A stretch of 64,000 nt of DNA from Eledone cirrhosa (Eukaryota): assembly GCA_964016885.1 (NCBI GenBank), contig OZ024762.1:14942001-15006000 (forward strand), written 5' to 3'. The position numbers were made by a program, and so were the translations under genes. The notes below the pieces were generated by a model. That model saw nothing but the letters and a program-made list of their open reading frames with translations. It did no database searches and was not told where the DNA came from. Of the stretch, positions 40,599 to 54,799 are shown one piece after another (position 1 is the first letter of the stretch; every line of letters begins with the position of its first letter).

Positions 40599-40794
40599 TT
40601 AACTCTTTAGCATTTACATTACTTTATATTTACTATTATATTTTCATGGTAAAGGCCTTATCTCACATAATATCGAAACTATGAGATTTTGATGTTATTT
40701 ATTTTGAGAACAATACTTTAATGTCAGTATGAGTAGCTAGTTTGAACAGAAAGAAGTGAGAGAATTCTGGCCAGTTTAAATGCTAAAGAGTTAA
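40599..40794. mobile_element. piggyBac-like MITE (TTAA|C(C/T)CTTTAGCATTTA...TAAATGCTAAAG(G/A)G|TTAA)
   Basis: TTAA on both sides. Complete copy also at 58661-58873; others at 15006-15200, 30974-31718, 32735-32996, 47440-47630, 56565-56727 and 56880-57120. Confidence 0.8.
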
Positions 40795-40869
40795 GGCCAG
40801 ATTGAGTTCTAACAAGGTTATCAACCCTACCATAAACATGTGGATACCAGTATATATATAAAATATATA

Positions 40870-42380
40870 AATAATAATAATGAAATTATTGTGTAAAGTG
40901 CTCAGGTGCACTACAACTCGTCAATATAGTACATAGAATAATACACAAATGCCAGGGAAGTACATGTTTGTATGTGTTAGCTGTAGTGTTGGCGGATCTC
41001 GGGAAGCATGGAGGCCTTAAAGGATGCAGCGTCTCGACAGCTAACAACTGATGCAGGTAGTTTGTTCCATGCTTCAGCAACTCTGAGCGTGAAAAAATGT
41101 TTCCGAAAGTCATGGGAACTGTGCTGTTTTCTTACTTTGTGGGCATGTCCACGTGTGTTAGACACATGGAAATCGAAAAGGCACTCAGGGTTGTTGTTGG
41201 CAACATGGTTAACAATTTTGTGGGTGTTTACCAAGTCAGTTGCCAGGCGTCGGAGCTTCAATGAATCCATGCCCAGGGAAGCAAGGCGATCAGAGTATGG
41301 CAGATGCCTGATGGAGGGTATTCGCTTGGTTGCACGTCTCTGAACAGTTTCCAGGCGGTCAATGTCCTGAGCAAGATAGGGGTTCCAGACTGGTGATGCA
41401 AATTCTAAGTGTGGTCGCACCATAGCTGTATACAGCCTTAAATAGATATCTGGAGAGCGGCTGACAAAGGTCTTGCTGAGTGATGCTAAGACACCCTCGG
41501 CCCTCTTGACAATTTTAGAGACGTGCCTCGTCCAACGCAAATCGCTGCTGACCGTAATGCCCAGGTCACGTTCACAGGAAGACTTCTTGATATTAGTGCT
41601 GTGGAGGGAATATGTGGACGCTGGGTTTTTACTCCCAAAATGCATGGTGGTGCACTTGTCCACAGCTAGCTTGAGTTGCCAGTCTGAGATCCACTGTTGC
41701 ATTGTGTCCAGGTCAGACTGCAAGCAAGATCTATAGTGTTCAGGATCTGTCCTTTTTATCTCAAGGTACAGCTTGATGTCGTCTGCGTACTTTAGTACTG
41801 TGGCATTCCTTAAGTTGGCATCTATGTCATTAATATATGCCACAAACAAAAGGGGGCCAAGAACAGATCCCTGAGGTACACCAGATGACATCTCATATGG
41901 TGAGGAATGCTGTCCCAGAACCGTGACTACCTCTCTTCGACTGAGAATGAAGGACTTCAACCAGTTAAAAAGATCATCCTTCACACCCATTGCAGAGAGT
42001 TTTGCCATAAGCCTTTTGTGTGGCACAGAATTGAAGGCCTTCACAAAGTCAAGGTAAACAACATCCACCCATGAGCCGCCATCAGTGATCCGGGTGATGT
42101 CCTCAAGAAACTCTATAAGTTGATCACAGCAGCTGGAGTTGGGGATAAATCCAAATTGCGAAGGCCGGATAAGACTGTGAGAGCTCCAGAAGTTCCAAAG
42201 TGTTTCTCTGACACAGGATTCCATCAGTTTGGCGATGCAACTAGTAAGACTGACTGGACGATAGTTCACAGGTGATGTGCGGTCACCCTTTTTGAACAGA
42301 GGAATTACACTGGCAGTTTTCCACTGTTCTGGAGTAGCACTGTTGTTCAGACAGAATTGGAAGAAGCGTGATAACTGCGT
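40870..42380 (-). mobile_element. 5'-truncated CR1-type LINE with an uninterrupted RT domain and C-terminus
   Basis: 470-aa ORF with NYRPVSLTS, QFGF, YLDFVKAFNSVPH, GVPQGSVLGP, YADD, VRPHLEFASPVWNP, TRGH; (ATT)n-like tail. Confidence 0.92.
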
Positions 42381-43109
42381 GATACACATATGTATATGTG
42401 TGATGCCCGCCTAGACCAATGATGATGATGAAATCCTTGTTAGCAGGGAAAGCAGACGTTAAATGATGATGATATATCACTAACTAAATCAAGATAAAAA
42501 AAATATCTTGATTGTAAAAACTCAATGGAAGTAAGATTCAAAAGAATGACTTACTGAGTTCTCATATACAACAATGACATTACAGGAAAACAAACAGTCA
42601 TGTAATGTGACAGATACAGGAGCATATATTGTCAGAATAGAAAATCATATTTACTTAGTCTTTATACAAGTCAATAATATATATTTTTATATTCCGATTG
42701 CTTTTGTACCTGTTGTATATATATCATGTTATGTAATTATTTTTCTGAAATATTATAATGTGTGTGTGTATATATATATATCATCATCGTCATCACCTCT
42801 TAAATTCTATTTGTCCATGCTTACATGTGTTAGGTGGGTCACTCATGTTATGAGACATGTCTGGCCAGTTGACTGAGCCATACCTTGCTTAAACAGGACT
42901 GTTTCTTAACCCTTTTTCATGTTATCATTATATCAAGAACGTGCCTCCATTTTATATATAGATATATCATCATTAACGTTTAACGTCCATCTTCCACGAT
43001 AGCATGGGTTAGATGGGTTTGTCCCATTTAGAGGCAAGTTGGATCATGTCTCGCTCATATAGTACTGTTTCTGGCAGGTTTTCTACAATTGGATGCCCTT
43101 CCTAGCGCC

Positions 43110-43565
43110 AACCACATTTACAGTGTGGGCTGGGTGCTTGTTGCTGTGTCTTTTACATGACCACTTTACAGTGTGGGCTGGGTGCTTGTTGCTGTGTCTT
43201 TTACACGACCACTTTACAGTGTGGGCTGGGTGCTTTTTGTCGTGTCTTTTACACGACCACTTTACAGTGTGGGCTGGGTGCTTTTTGTCGTGTCTTTTAC
43301 ATGACCACTTTACAGTGTGGGCTGGGTGCTTTTTGTCGTGTCTTTTACATGACCACTTTACGGTGTGGGCTGGGTGCTTTTTGTCGTGTCTTTTACATGA
43401 CCACTTTACAGTGTGGGCTGGGTGCTTTTTGCTGTGTCTTTTACACGTCCACTTTACAATGTGGGCTGAGTGCTTTTTGCTGTGTCTTTTACAAGACCAA
43501 TTTACACTGTGGGCTGGGTGCTTTTTGTCGTGTCTTTTACACGATTATTTACAGTGTGGGCTGGA
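43110..43565. repeat. 48-bp tandem array (about 9-10 units) inside an RTE-tailed SINE-like element
   Basis: accactttacagtgtgggctgggtgctttttgtcgtgtcttttacacg, period 48. Confidence 0.9.
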
Positions 43566-43601
43566 TGTTTTGTGATACAACATATATATATATATATTTT
43601 T

Positions 43602-44675
43602 CTAGGGCGGGTAAAATTCCCGAGATCCATGGACGAGTTCTTTCCAGCGGTCTCTATCCCTCATTATCGCTGCCATGTCCTGCGTCTCCAACAGACCAGT
43701 GTCTGTCCTTAGGGAATCAACATACGTTAACCTTGGTCTTCCTCTTCCAGTGTGTCCATGTAGGGGCTCCCACAGAAGCACTGAGTGCAATGTCAACTCT
43801 GGATGTCGGTGAGAATGTCCAGCTAACCTCAGTCTCCTCTGTGTCACTTTTGAGCTGACTTTTGGGAGGCTCCCATACAGCTCTGAGTTTTTCATCCTCA
43901 GTGTATACTGATTAATGTTCAAAGCCATCCTCAGCATTCTCATGTAGCACCCATCCACCATCTGAGTGAGTTTCTTGGTCAGAGTCCAAGTCTCAGACCC
44001 GTACAGCAGCACAGACTCCACTACAGCAATGAAGAGGCGGATTTTCAGGTGTTTACGAAGGTCCGACTTCCACACCGATCTCAAGCTGTGGCACGCCGCC
44101 CAGGCTTTGCTGTTCCTCTCAACCACATCATCTTCCGTATTCCCAATCTTTGCTCCCAAATACAGGAAGTCCTCAACCAATTCTAGCGGCTTCCCGCCTA
44201 CATTAGTGATCCCCTCTGGCTCCTCAACATTCTCTACCAGATATTTTGTTTTAGTCTCATTCATTCTCAGCCCCACACTCATCGACACAGTCTCAACCTC
44301 CTGCATCAAATCCTCTGCCCCCTTCACTGTATTTGTCACCAAAACTGTCGGCAAATTCAGCATCTGATATCTTTTTCGCCTTAACTCTCCTGCTCTGAGC
44401 CGGTGCTACAGTAAAGCCAGAGTCCTGGTGTTTCTCCAGTGCAAGGCGCATACAATAGTCCACTATGATGATAAAAAGGTAGGGAGCCAATGTATCTCCC
44501 TGGAGTACACCAGCCAGTATCTCAAAGAACTCTGTCATCCCATCAGGTGTAATGACTTGGGCTCTGGTGTTGGTGTAGAGTAATGATATCAGGTCCACTA
44601 TCTTCTTGGGGATTCCATAAGCCTGTAAGATCTTCATCAGGCAATGACGGTCCACAGAATCAAAGGCCTTCCTAA
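43602..44675 (-). mobile_element. RTE-clade LINE RT fragment (frameshifted near 44345)
   Basis: KAFDSVDR..GVLQGDTLAPYLF..EFAD / GLRMNETKTKY..FLYLG..LLYGSETWTL..GRPRLTYVD. Confidence 0.9.
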
Positions 44676-45171
44676 ATGTATATATAATAATAATAATAAT
44701 AAATACAAAGAAAATTCAGAGAGGACTTGATAAGAGTTGTCTCTATATATATATATAAACCCATGGAGCTAATATTGATTATTATATTTATGTATATATA
44801 ATGTGTTTATAATTTGAATGCTTTGAAAAATAGTGTGTGTGTGTGTGTATATATAAATATATATATAACAAAGGATTTGTGGTAAGGAACCAGATGGACC
44901 ATAACACACCAGAGTACTCAATACTAAGGGTAGTAGAGTGGGAAATAGGAAAAAGTTATGACCCCGCCGAAAAATTCTAATTTAGTCCAGAAATAGCCGT
45001 CGAAACGGCTTGAGCTCTGCCGTCGGGGTCATACTTTTTCCTATATATATATATATATATATAAAATTGTTTCTACTTTTGGCACAAGGCCAGCAATTAT
45101 CCCAGTGCATTGCTGGTGCTTTATTTTATTGACCCTCTGTGTTTGTGTATGTATATGGATGCACAAGAGTG

Positions 45172-45226
<55 letters not shown>

Positions 45227-46017
45227 TACTAGTGTAATAAATATCTATATACATCTCTTCCCAAGGACTGAGTGCTTTTCTAAATTTGGCTATCCTTTAC
45301 CAAATTACTATATAATATTATATTATTTACACACACACATATATATATATATATATGTGTATGTATATATACACACAACTATATATGTATATTTATAGAT
45401 CATAGATGTATGTATGAAATGGATATGCGTATTTGAAATATGTGGTATCATTTTACTTCAAAACCTGTTTTCAAAGACTATCTATTATGATAATAATAAT
45501 AATAATGATGATGACGAATTATAACAGATGATAATGATGATGATGAAAACAAAAATGTCTTTCTACTTAAACTATCTTAACCATGTATTTTTCACATGTT
45601 AGTAATGTTTGTGTTATCTGTGGGTATATCAGCCACCATGCTCTGTCTCTCTCTTTCTCTCTCTCCCCCTTTTTTTTGTGACATCTGAACAATCAAGCTT
45701 TTATAAGTGGAAAGTCTAGTGGGAGATAAATGGCTTCTGTGTATGTATGTGTATATGTGTATGTGTATATCAGTGTGTGTGTGTGTGTGCCAGGGTGTAT
45801 GTGAATATCAGTGTGTGGTGGGGTGGGTGTGTGTGTGTGTGTGTGTTGGGGTCGGTGTGTGCATAAGTTATTGATTCTCAACTTCAGCTGACATTTTTAT
45901 ATTAACAAGTGAGCTTGGATTGGACTTCAACATTCTGAATTTCTAATTATCTCATCCTAAATCCTCTATTGACCCAGAAGTAGGCAATTACTTAGAGATA
46001 CATATTTAGATACACAG

Positions 46018-46500
46018 AGAAAACTTGCCAAACAAAGGGTTGGGAGGACCCTTCAGTTTGTGTCAAGGACATGACTGCCCCACTCTTGTTGGTGATCTAC
46101 ATGATAAAAGCAGCCAGTATGTGCTGTAAAGTGGTTGGTGATAGGAAAGGTATCCTGTTGTAGAAAACTTGCCAAACAAAAGGTTAGGTGGAGATTTTAG
46201 TTGTCAAAGATGTGACAGCCTCCCTAGTGTTGGTGATCTACACGATAAAAGCAGCCAGTATGTGCTGTAAAGTGGTTGGTGATAGGAAAGGTATCCAGTT
46301 GTAGAAAACTTGCCAAACAAAAGGTTAGGTGGAGATTTTAGTTGTGTCAAAGATGACACAGCCTCCCTAGTGTTGGTGATCTACACGATAAAAGCACACA
46401 GTTCATGTAAAGTGGTTGGTGATAGGAAAGGCATCCAGTTGTAGAAAGCTTGCCAAACAAGGGGTTAAAAGGATCCTTTAGTTTGTGTCAAAAGACACAA
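46018..46500 (+). repeat. ~142-bp tandem repeat (3-4 units) of SINE-internal sequence
   Basis: aaacttgccaaacaa recurs at ~46021, 46165, 46306 and 46446. Contains gtaaagtggttggtgataggaaaggcatccag. Confidence 0.8.
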
Positions 46501-47390
46501 CTTCTGTGCACTTGATAAAATGTATGACCGTATGTAAGCAAAATCAGACCCTCTTGGCCTGTCTGGGAGGTCAGTAGCCCCATTTCAGTACTCACTTGGT
46601 TGATGTAAACTCATCTAACCTATCCCCTCTCTCCATGTTTGAAGATAGCTGATTTCTTCCAGAGAAGGAAAGAGGTAGGAAGTGAGAAAGAAATATAGAG
46701 GAAAAATTAACTCCAATATTTTTAAAACCTGGCAGAGTCCATCTCCTCTTTCCATGTCTAAACACAGATGATTTCTTCCAGAGAAGGAAAGATAGTGATA
46801 GATAGGAAGTGAGAAAGAGATCTAGAGGAAGAATCAACGTCAGTACTACTGGACTGGTACTTTTCTTTTTTTATTGACCTCGAAAAGGTGAAAGGAAAAG
46901 TTGAGCTCGACAGGATTTAAACACAGGGTGAAGAGCTAGAACTAATAGCACAAAACATTCTATCCTGTGTTTTTAATGACTGCCAAATTGCTGCCTTTGT
47001 CTAGAATATAATGGAAACTATATCTAGTAGTAGCATCAGGCTTCTATTTTTACCCAGCATACATATCTACCATTCCTTACATTGTTCCTCATTTCCAAAA
47101 CTTTTTTAGATTTTCGTGGGGGGGTTGTTGTTTATTTTTAAGGGTTATTCTGTAGTTTCCCTTCCCCTCAGACACATACACTTCATGCCTTACTATACTT
47201 GCATGGCTTGTTTTAGATCAGAGATTCTTAAACTTTTTGGGCCACTGCCCTCGGTGCTCCCAAACCCTATTTGCAGAGAGACCTGCCTACATGCAATTTG
47301 TAAATAATATTTGATAAATAAAATCATTAATTTATATATAAATAATATAATATATACTATGTATAAATAAATATTATATATTTTTAATTT

Positions 47391-47427
<37 letters not shown>

Positions 47428-48018
47428 GTATAATTTGATATTTAAACCAGCCATATCCAGCCAGAATTCTCTCACCTCTTTCTGTTCAAACCGGCTGTAA
47501 CTAGCTACTCATACTTATGTTAAGATATTGTTCTCAAAATAAACATCAAAATCTCATAGATTCAGTATTATGTGAGGTAATTATGTAGGATAAAGCCTTT
47601 ACCGTGAAAATACAATAGTAAATATAGAGTGAAAGATGGACGTTAAATGATGATGATTGGAGTAATGTAATCTCTACTGCCCCCTGGACCTTCTCAGTAG
47701 GGCCCACTTTGAGAACCTCTGTTTTAGATATATATGTTTGTATGTTTATGCCCATATTTCCTGATGGAGTCATAGGGGTGCTGTAATAACATATGGTGTG
47801 TCTTGGCCTTTTTTTTTAAGAAATCTGGCTGAGCCCATCTCCTCATCAGGTCTATATGTACATGGCTGATTTCTCCCAGAAATAGAGAAAGGGTAAGAAA
47901 TATATAGGAAGAATCACCCCAGTATAAGACTGGTATGATGTTGGTACTTTTATCAACCTTGGAAAGTCTGGATTGACCTCAGGGTGCAGAGAGTTGGAGC
48001 AAACACCACAGGGTATTC

Positions 48019-48066
<48 letters not shown>

Positions 48067-48226
48067 AATCAGATATATATGTATGTATATATGTCATTCA
48101 CTATTTTGTAATGATTAAATGCTCAGATTTATTCCTTGAATTTTTCTTTGAGCTTATTCTTAGGTGATAAGGCACATGTTCGAACATGACATATAATTTT
48201 AAATGTCGTGTATATATATATGTATA

Positions 48227-48284
<58 letters not shown>

Positions 48285-48474
48285 TATGCAAAAGGCAAAC
48301 AGAAATAACAAAGCAAATGGCACAGTACAATGAAGAAGAATATTATTAGTTTTACGCTTGATATAGTAGGGAGAGAGTCTTAACGTTTCGGATGATGCTA
48401 GTCCTTCATCAGAAAATAGAATGAGAAATTAAAGAAGAAATAGAAAAACTGAGGAGACTACAGGCAGGGTGGAT

Positions 48475-48510
<36 letters not shown>

Positions 48511-48513
<3 letters not shown>

Positions 48514-48744
48514 AGGGAGTGTAACTTAGAGTTACTGTAGGTTCACCTGGGTGAGCACTCGATGATTAGGTTCACTTCAGTGTCGAGGTGTAGAGCTAGA
48601 CAGTGTATTATAGTGAAATAAAATAACAAGGACGAGTGGTTATACTTTCATTACGTTTATTGGTTGGTGACGCGCGTTTTGCCACTGATCAGCTCAAGGT
48701 TCGATCTGACCTGACTCTGTTATCCGCGGCTCGTCAGACCCCTT
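48511..48744 (-). mobile_element. Family C second copy (core G12 mutated: AAAA)
   Basis: Reverse complement aligns to 1652-1897; ggggt-CTGACGA-gccgc..gtggc-AAAA-cgcgc-GTC-acc. Confidence 0.75.
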
Positions 48745-49311
48745 GTATATATATACACACATAGGCAGAGACAAGGAGAGGGTGACAGTCTTCATTGACA
48801 GAAAAAAATGCATTTTAGAATATCTCCTTCACCCCTGTCCACCACTCACTCTCATCTATTTGTCTTGCATTTGAGTTCCATGATTTTAGAAAGTTTTTCT
48901 TGTGTGTAAGGTGTGTGCTCGTTCATGTGACAGCAGGACAAAGGCAGTGTCTTGCTATTATAATATAGATTGTGTATGTTTATATGCTGAGAAATGTCAT
49001 CTTCACCTTTGTAGTTGAATAATATTATTATTACGAAGCTTTATATTTGTCTGCAGTGGTATTTACTGATAGATACTGCATATATTATATTCAATTGTTG
49101 ATATAACTCTTGACCTACTAACTCATTCCTACGAAAGAATAGGATCTGATGAGATAGGTGTGTTGTGTGTAGAGAGTACAAATATGATTGATATGGCTGT
49201 GTGTGTGTTCTATATACATATAGATGTATATTCAAATATATATATGTATTGTATTTATACATATATATACACTTATGTATTTTTATAGATATATATATGC
49301 ATAAATGTATA

Positions 49312-50930
49312 TCATCATTCATCATCGTCATTTTACATCCACTCTTCCTTGCTTGCAAGGGTGGGACGGGTCTTATTCAGCACAGCATCTCTCCACTTTT
49401 CACGGTCCTTCATCATCTCCACCGTGAGCTTCAGCGATCTGGGGTCTGTTCTCACCACCTCTGCCCATGTTTTTTGTGGTCTACCTCTACCACGTCTTCC
49501 TTCAACTGGCACTTCTTCACCCATCGGTCATCCTCCATGCGCATCACATGTCCATACCACCTCAGTCTCCTCTCCTGTACACTATATTCTATCCCTCTCA
49601 GACACAGTTTCTCTCTCAACAAATTCATGCTGGGTCGTTTACCCACATTGACATTGGACATCCAACGGAGCATGCTTGCCTCATTTCTCTCCAGCCGTCG
49701 CATATCCTCTGCAGTTGCTGCCCATGTCTCACTACCATGCAGCATCGCGCTCCTCACACAGGCATCATACAACCGGCCTTTCGTACGCAGGGAGAAACCC
49801 TTCTTCGTCAACAGAGGAAGCAGCTCCCTAAACTTCTTCCAACCCGTCCTTATTCTAGATACTATGGCCTCGGAACACCCCCTCCCATGCTAATCTGATC
49901 TCCTAGGTACCGGAAGCTATCCACCACTTCTATAGCACTCGCCTGCATTTGAAAAATGTGTCTATCAATGCGACTTCTACTGTCTAATTTCCCTGTACAT
50001 CTACTGCATACATATTTCTCCCTACCTGTTAGTTGGCCTGCTATCCCGCTACATCTCTTGTGTACCCAGGATCTGCATTGTGTGCATTTTATAGAATTTA
50101 TGCCAGTTCCTTTTCTGCATATCGAACATGGCCATTTCCCTGACGGAATCAGTTTTGTCCTCTTTTCTACTCATCAACACTTTTGTCTTAGCTAGGTTCA
50201 CTCTCAGTCCTCTTGCTTCCAACTGCTGATTCCATAGCCAGAATTTATTCTCTAGCTCCTCTACTGATTCTGCTATAAGAACCAGATCGTCAGCATAGAG
50301 AAGTTCCCATGGACAGCCAGTCTTAAACTCCTCTGTTATGGCTTGGAGGACTATAATGAACAAGAGCGGGCTGAGGACCGAACCTTGATGTACTCCTACC
50401 TGTATCTGGAATTCCTCACTAAACTCCATTCCTACCCTGACATTTCCAGGCTTCCTTTTTCTGATCATTCGTGACACTAAGTACATCGGCATCATTCCGG
50501 ACATGTACCCCAGTGTAACCATCCTGGAGCTGTCCAACATGACCATTTAAGTCCCCTGCTAGCATAACGATGTCTCCGTCCTCTGTCATTGCGGTTGTTT
50601 GTAAAAGTTGCTCGTAAAAGCAGTCTTTCTCATCTTTGCTTAGGCCTGCTTGGGGAGCATAGGCAGAGATGATTGTCAGTAGTCTCCTGCCTATAACTAA
50701 TCTAAGTTTAATTATTCGATTACTAACTCAAACTACCTCTATTGTCTTATTGATCCATCTCTCAGCCAGGAAAATGCCTACTCCCCCTAACCCATCATCC
50801 TTACCTACCCAGAAAAAGCTTATAGCTAAGATGTTTGCCTACGACTAGTCCCACAGAGGCACCTCTCCATCTCACCTTTTGCACGCAGCACACATCCACA
50901 TGCCTTCTCTCCAGCAGATCTATCTCTGAG
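49312..50930 (-). mobile_element. RTE LINE remnant: endonuclease piece joined to RT/C-terminus by internal deletion
   Basis: IISAYAPQ-type endonuclease segment ~50450-50930; VGVHQGSVLSP..YADD; RRLRWYGHV; (GAT)n tail at ~49312. Confidence 0.88.
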
Positions 50931-51749
50931 AGTGCCAACATTAAGTGTTGCAACTCTGAGATGCGACGTCTTCATATTTTGTTGTTGTTCCTATCTATTT
51001 GTTGCTGTGCTGATAAATGTTTTGGCATTGATACACTGGTTGGATGCCCTTCCTAACACCAGCGCCACTTTACAGCATGGACTGGGTGCTTTTATTTGTG
51101 CCACCAGCACTAGAGAGGATGTCTTAATAGACTCAAGAGTCCTCTCTACCCCTCCATTTTACAGCATGGTCATAAAAAAAATATATATATACAAGTCGAA
51201 GCCCGACAACTAAGCTTTGGCCATTTCAATAGCTAGTTCCTGTCTGGAACTAGCTATTGAAATGGCAAGAGCTCAGCTGTTGGGTCCTGACTCTTTTTAA
51301 TACAGTCGTACTCTCAAGTATTGAGTCCTCTTTTGAATAATGGTCCGACTAGTTTAATACTGGTTTAATCCTGATATATATATATATATATATATATCAG
51401 CTGATTCTAAATCAACTAACTCTTTTTCATGGAACGATTATATATATCATCATCATCATCATCATCACCGTTTTACGTCCGTTCTTCCACGCTAGCATGG
51501 GTTAGACGGGTTGTCCTGTTGTGGGCAGTGTCTGGTCGGCTGACCATGCCTTGCTCATACAGGAACTGATCTGGCTTGATTTCTACAGCTGGATGCCCTT
51601 CCTAACACCAACCTCATTTACAGTGAGTGCTGGGTGCTTTTTCGTGGCGCCTACACGTCCACTTTACAGTGTGGGCTGGGTGCTTTTTTGCCGTGGCACC
51701 TCCACGACCACCTTGCGGTGGGGGGGGGGGGGCATATTGTTTATATGCT

Positions 51750-53285
51750 TCAGCATGTACCCATGGGAGGTCGGGTACCCTGTATTACTGCGTGACGCCA
51801 GAAGTCACGGTCGTGTGTCATTGACTTTGAGAGGTGTAGTTGGGTAAGGTCGGCTTTTATCACCTCATCCCAAGTCATCTTGGGTCTCCCCACTCCGCGG
51901 TTTCCATCAACTTCTAGTGCTCTGCACCTTTTTATGCAGCTGTCATCCTTCATACGCATCACATGTCCATACCAGCGTAACCGCCTCTCCTGCACGCAGC
52001 ATTTGATTCCTCTTATGCTCAGTCTCTCTCTCAATTCATTTATGCTTTGTCGTTCACGTATATTACTGTTACACATCCATCGGAGCATGCAGGCTTCGTT
52101 TCTCTCTAATCTACGTAAGTCTTCCACCTTCAGCGCCCAGGTCTCACTACCATGCAACATCGCTGTTCGGATACACGCATCATACAGTCTGCCTTTCATT
52201 CTGAGGGAGAAGCCTTTTGCAGCTAGCAGTGGTAGTAGTTCCCTAAACTTCTTCCATCCCGTTCTTACCCTAGTTATTGTACTTTCTGAGCACCCACCTC
52301 CGTTGCTAATTCGGTCACCTAGGTAGCAGAAGCTGTCTACTGTTTCTACAGGGCCCTCCCAGAGATTGGTGGTACTTGTTTCCTGTGGCTGTTTGCTTGC
52401 TGTTTCAGCACAGCTGCTGCATGTGAATCCTACATTCTTAATTAAGCTTCCTGAGATCCCGCTACATCTCTTGTGCACCCATTGTTTGCATTTGGGGCAA
52501 AGAATGGAGTTCCTACCTACACCTTTCCTACATACTGAGCAAGGCCATTTCCCTGAGGGGATCTGGGTTCTGTTTTCTCGTCTACTTATAAGGACCTTAG
52601 TCTTTGTCATGTTGACTTTGAGGCCCTTTCTCTCTAGTCCCTGCTTCCAGGTTTGGAATTTATTCTCTAGTTCTACCATAGATTCAGCTATGAGTGCGAG
52701 GTCATCAGCATACAGGAGTTCCCATGGGCATCCGGTCTTAAACTCCTCCGTTATTGCCTGCAGGACTATGATGAACAGGAGAGGGCTAAGAACAGAGCCC
52801 TGGTGGACCCCAACCTGTACGCTAAATTCCTCGCTATACTCATTGCCAATCCTAACTTTGCTGACTGCTCCCCTATACATGGCTTGTACCGCTTTCACAA
52901 GCCATTCATCTACTCCTAGTTTTCTAAGAGCCCACCAGATTACTGCACGTGGAACTCTGTCAAAGGCTTTCTCAAGGTCGACAAATGCCAAGTAGAGTGG
53001 CTTACTTTTAGCTAGGTACTTTTCCTGTAATTGCCTCACAAGGAAGAGCGCATCAGTGGTGCCTTTCCCTGGAACAAACCCAAATTGCATCTCGTCTATA
53101 TTCACCCGGTCCCTAATCAGCTGTGCTATAACTCTTTCTGTTACTTTCATGACCTGGTCCATCAACTTTATACCTCTATAGTTTCCTCTATCTAGTGCAT
53201 CGCCTTTACCTTTGTAGCAGTTGACAATGATGCTACTGCACCAATCTTTTGGTATGGCCCCCTCTAGTATTACCTGGTTAACGAT
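51750..53285 (-). mobile_element. 5'-truncated RTE LINE with uninterrupted RT ORF and internal Cys/His cluster
   Basis: 471-aa ORF with QFGF, AFVDLEKAFDRVP, VHQGSVLSP, YADD, CSVC..C..C..VH.RC, RLRWYGHV, GRPK. Confidence 0.95.
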
Positions 53286-53524
53286 ACGATATAAAATAAA
53301 GTTAAATAAAAGTCAAATGATTAAAATTTAGCTTCGTTTATTACTGCTATATATATTTCAGTGACAGCCATCTTTGGTTGTAACCTCTTCAGGCAGTTTG
53401 AATTAGTATGGTATAGACAAGTACATATGTTATTTAGGTGTAACCAAACCAACCTGCGCACTTCGTCGAGTGCTCCAGCCTGCATACTGAGGTGTTGGTA
53501 TACAACCAACATAAACTAAAAATC

Positions 53525-53564
<40 letters not shown>

Positions 53565-53860
53565 CTGAGTTTTTCCCATTATCCTGCAAACATTACAAAC
53601 AAATAGTTATGTATGTTAAGATCCTCTTCCTGCTATTTCAAGCGTTAAACTAATATATTCCTTCCCTATACTGTACTGTTTGTGTTGTTATTTCTGTTTA
53701 CCTTTTACATACATATATATTATACATGGCTCTTTCCCTCTCTGTATATACATATATCTCTTTATTTGGTTATTATGGCCCTAGACAAAGTCTATTGAGC
53801 TTGCTTATTGAGAAACACAAAATTCTAAACATATTTGATATGTTTTGATTCATTATTTGT

Positions 53861-53927
<67 letters not shown>

Positions 53928-54301
53928 TGTGTATATCTATTTTATTAACTACCATAACTTTAGCGTTTCACAACACATGTTTCTTTACAATATGCAGCTT
54001 TGTGTTTCAATACACAGTTTGTGCAATTTCTCAAGCAAGGCCAGCCATATTTGAATTAAGGTCCATCATCGTCATCATCATAAAACATTTATTTTCCATG
54101 TTGGCATAAGTTTGATGGGTTGCCTTGTTCTGAGTTAGTCTGGTCCGGTGACCATATCTTGTTCATAAGTTCATGGTTGTTTTTGTTTCGTTTTTTTGTC
54201 TTTATTCTTTCTTTTGACTTGGTTTCTATAGCTAGGTGTCTCCTTTAACACCGTATATATGTATTCATACACACACACATACACATATATATATATATAT
54301 T

Positions 54302-54518
54302 ATTTATTAGAATAACAAAGCAAAGAATCGCTACTTTCATCCTTAATGGGATCTCCTGAGTTTCATAAGACCCCATTAAGGGTGAAAGCAGAAATTCTTT
54401 GCTTAAACTTTAATCTGTTATTTTAATAAATATTTGCTCTAGGGTTCTTATATATTTGATATATATTTATCCTTATTGAGCCCTCTTTGGATTTTAGTCT
54501 TCACATTTATTAGTATTA
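54302..54518. mobile_element. Family H fold-back copy (degenerate cores)
   Basis: Inverted arms around gatctcctgagtttcataagacccc. Tail ttattgagccctctttggattttagtcttc shared with 61570 and 23835. Confidence 0.7.
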
Positions 54519-54799
54519 TTGTGAATTGGCAGTATCAGTAGAGGGTTGGACGCCATGCTTTCTAGCATAGTTATGTCCCTTTACGGTCTGAGTTCAAATC
54601 CTGTCGAGGTTAACTTTGCCTTTCATCCTTACGGGGTCGATAAAATAAGTACCAGTAATGTACTGGATAATTGCTGGCATTGTGCCAAAAGTAGAAACCA
54701 TTTTGCCTTTCATCCTTACGGGGTCGATAAAATAAAGTACCAGTAATACACTGGGTAATTGCTGGCCTTGTGCCTAACGTAGAAACAATTATTATATAT

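Noticed and set aside
45632-45640. Perfect Kozak GCCACCATG
   Set aside because: Followed by a TC microsatellite and an early stop; no exon support.
41008-52995. Plus-strand ORFs overlapping LINE RTs (e.g. 41008-41343, 43966-44367, 51880-52995)
   Set aside because: Antisense shadow frames of the retrotransposon coding strand.
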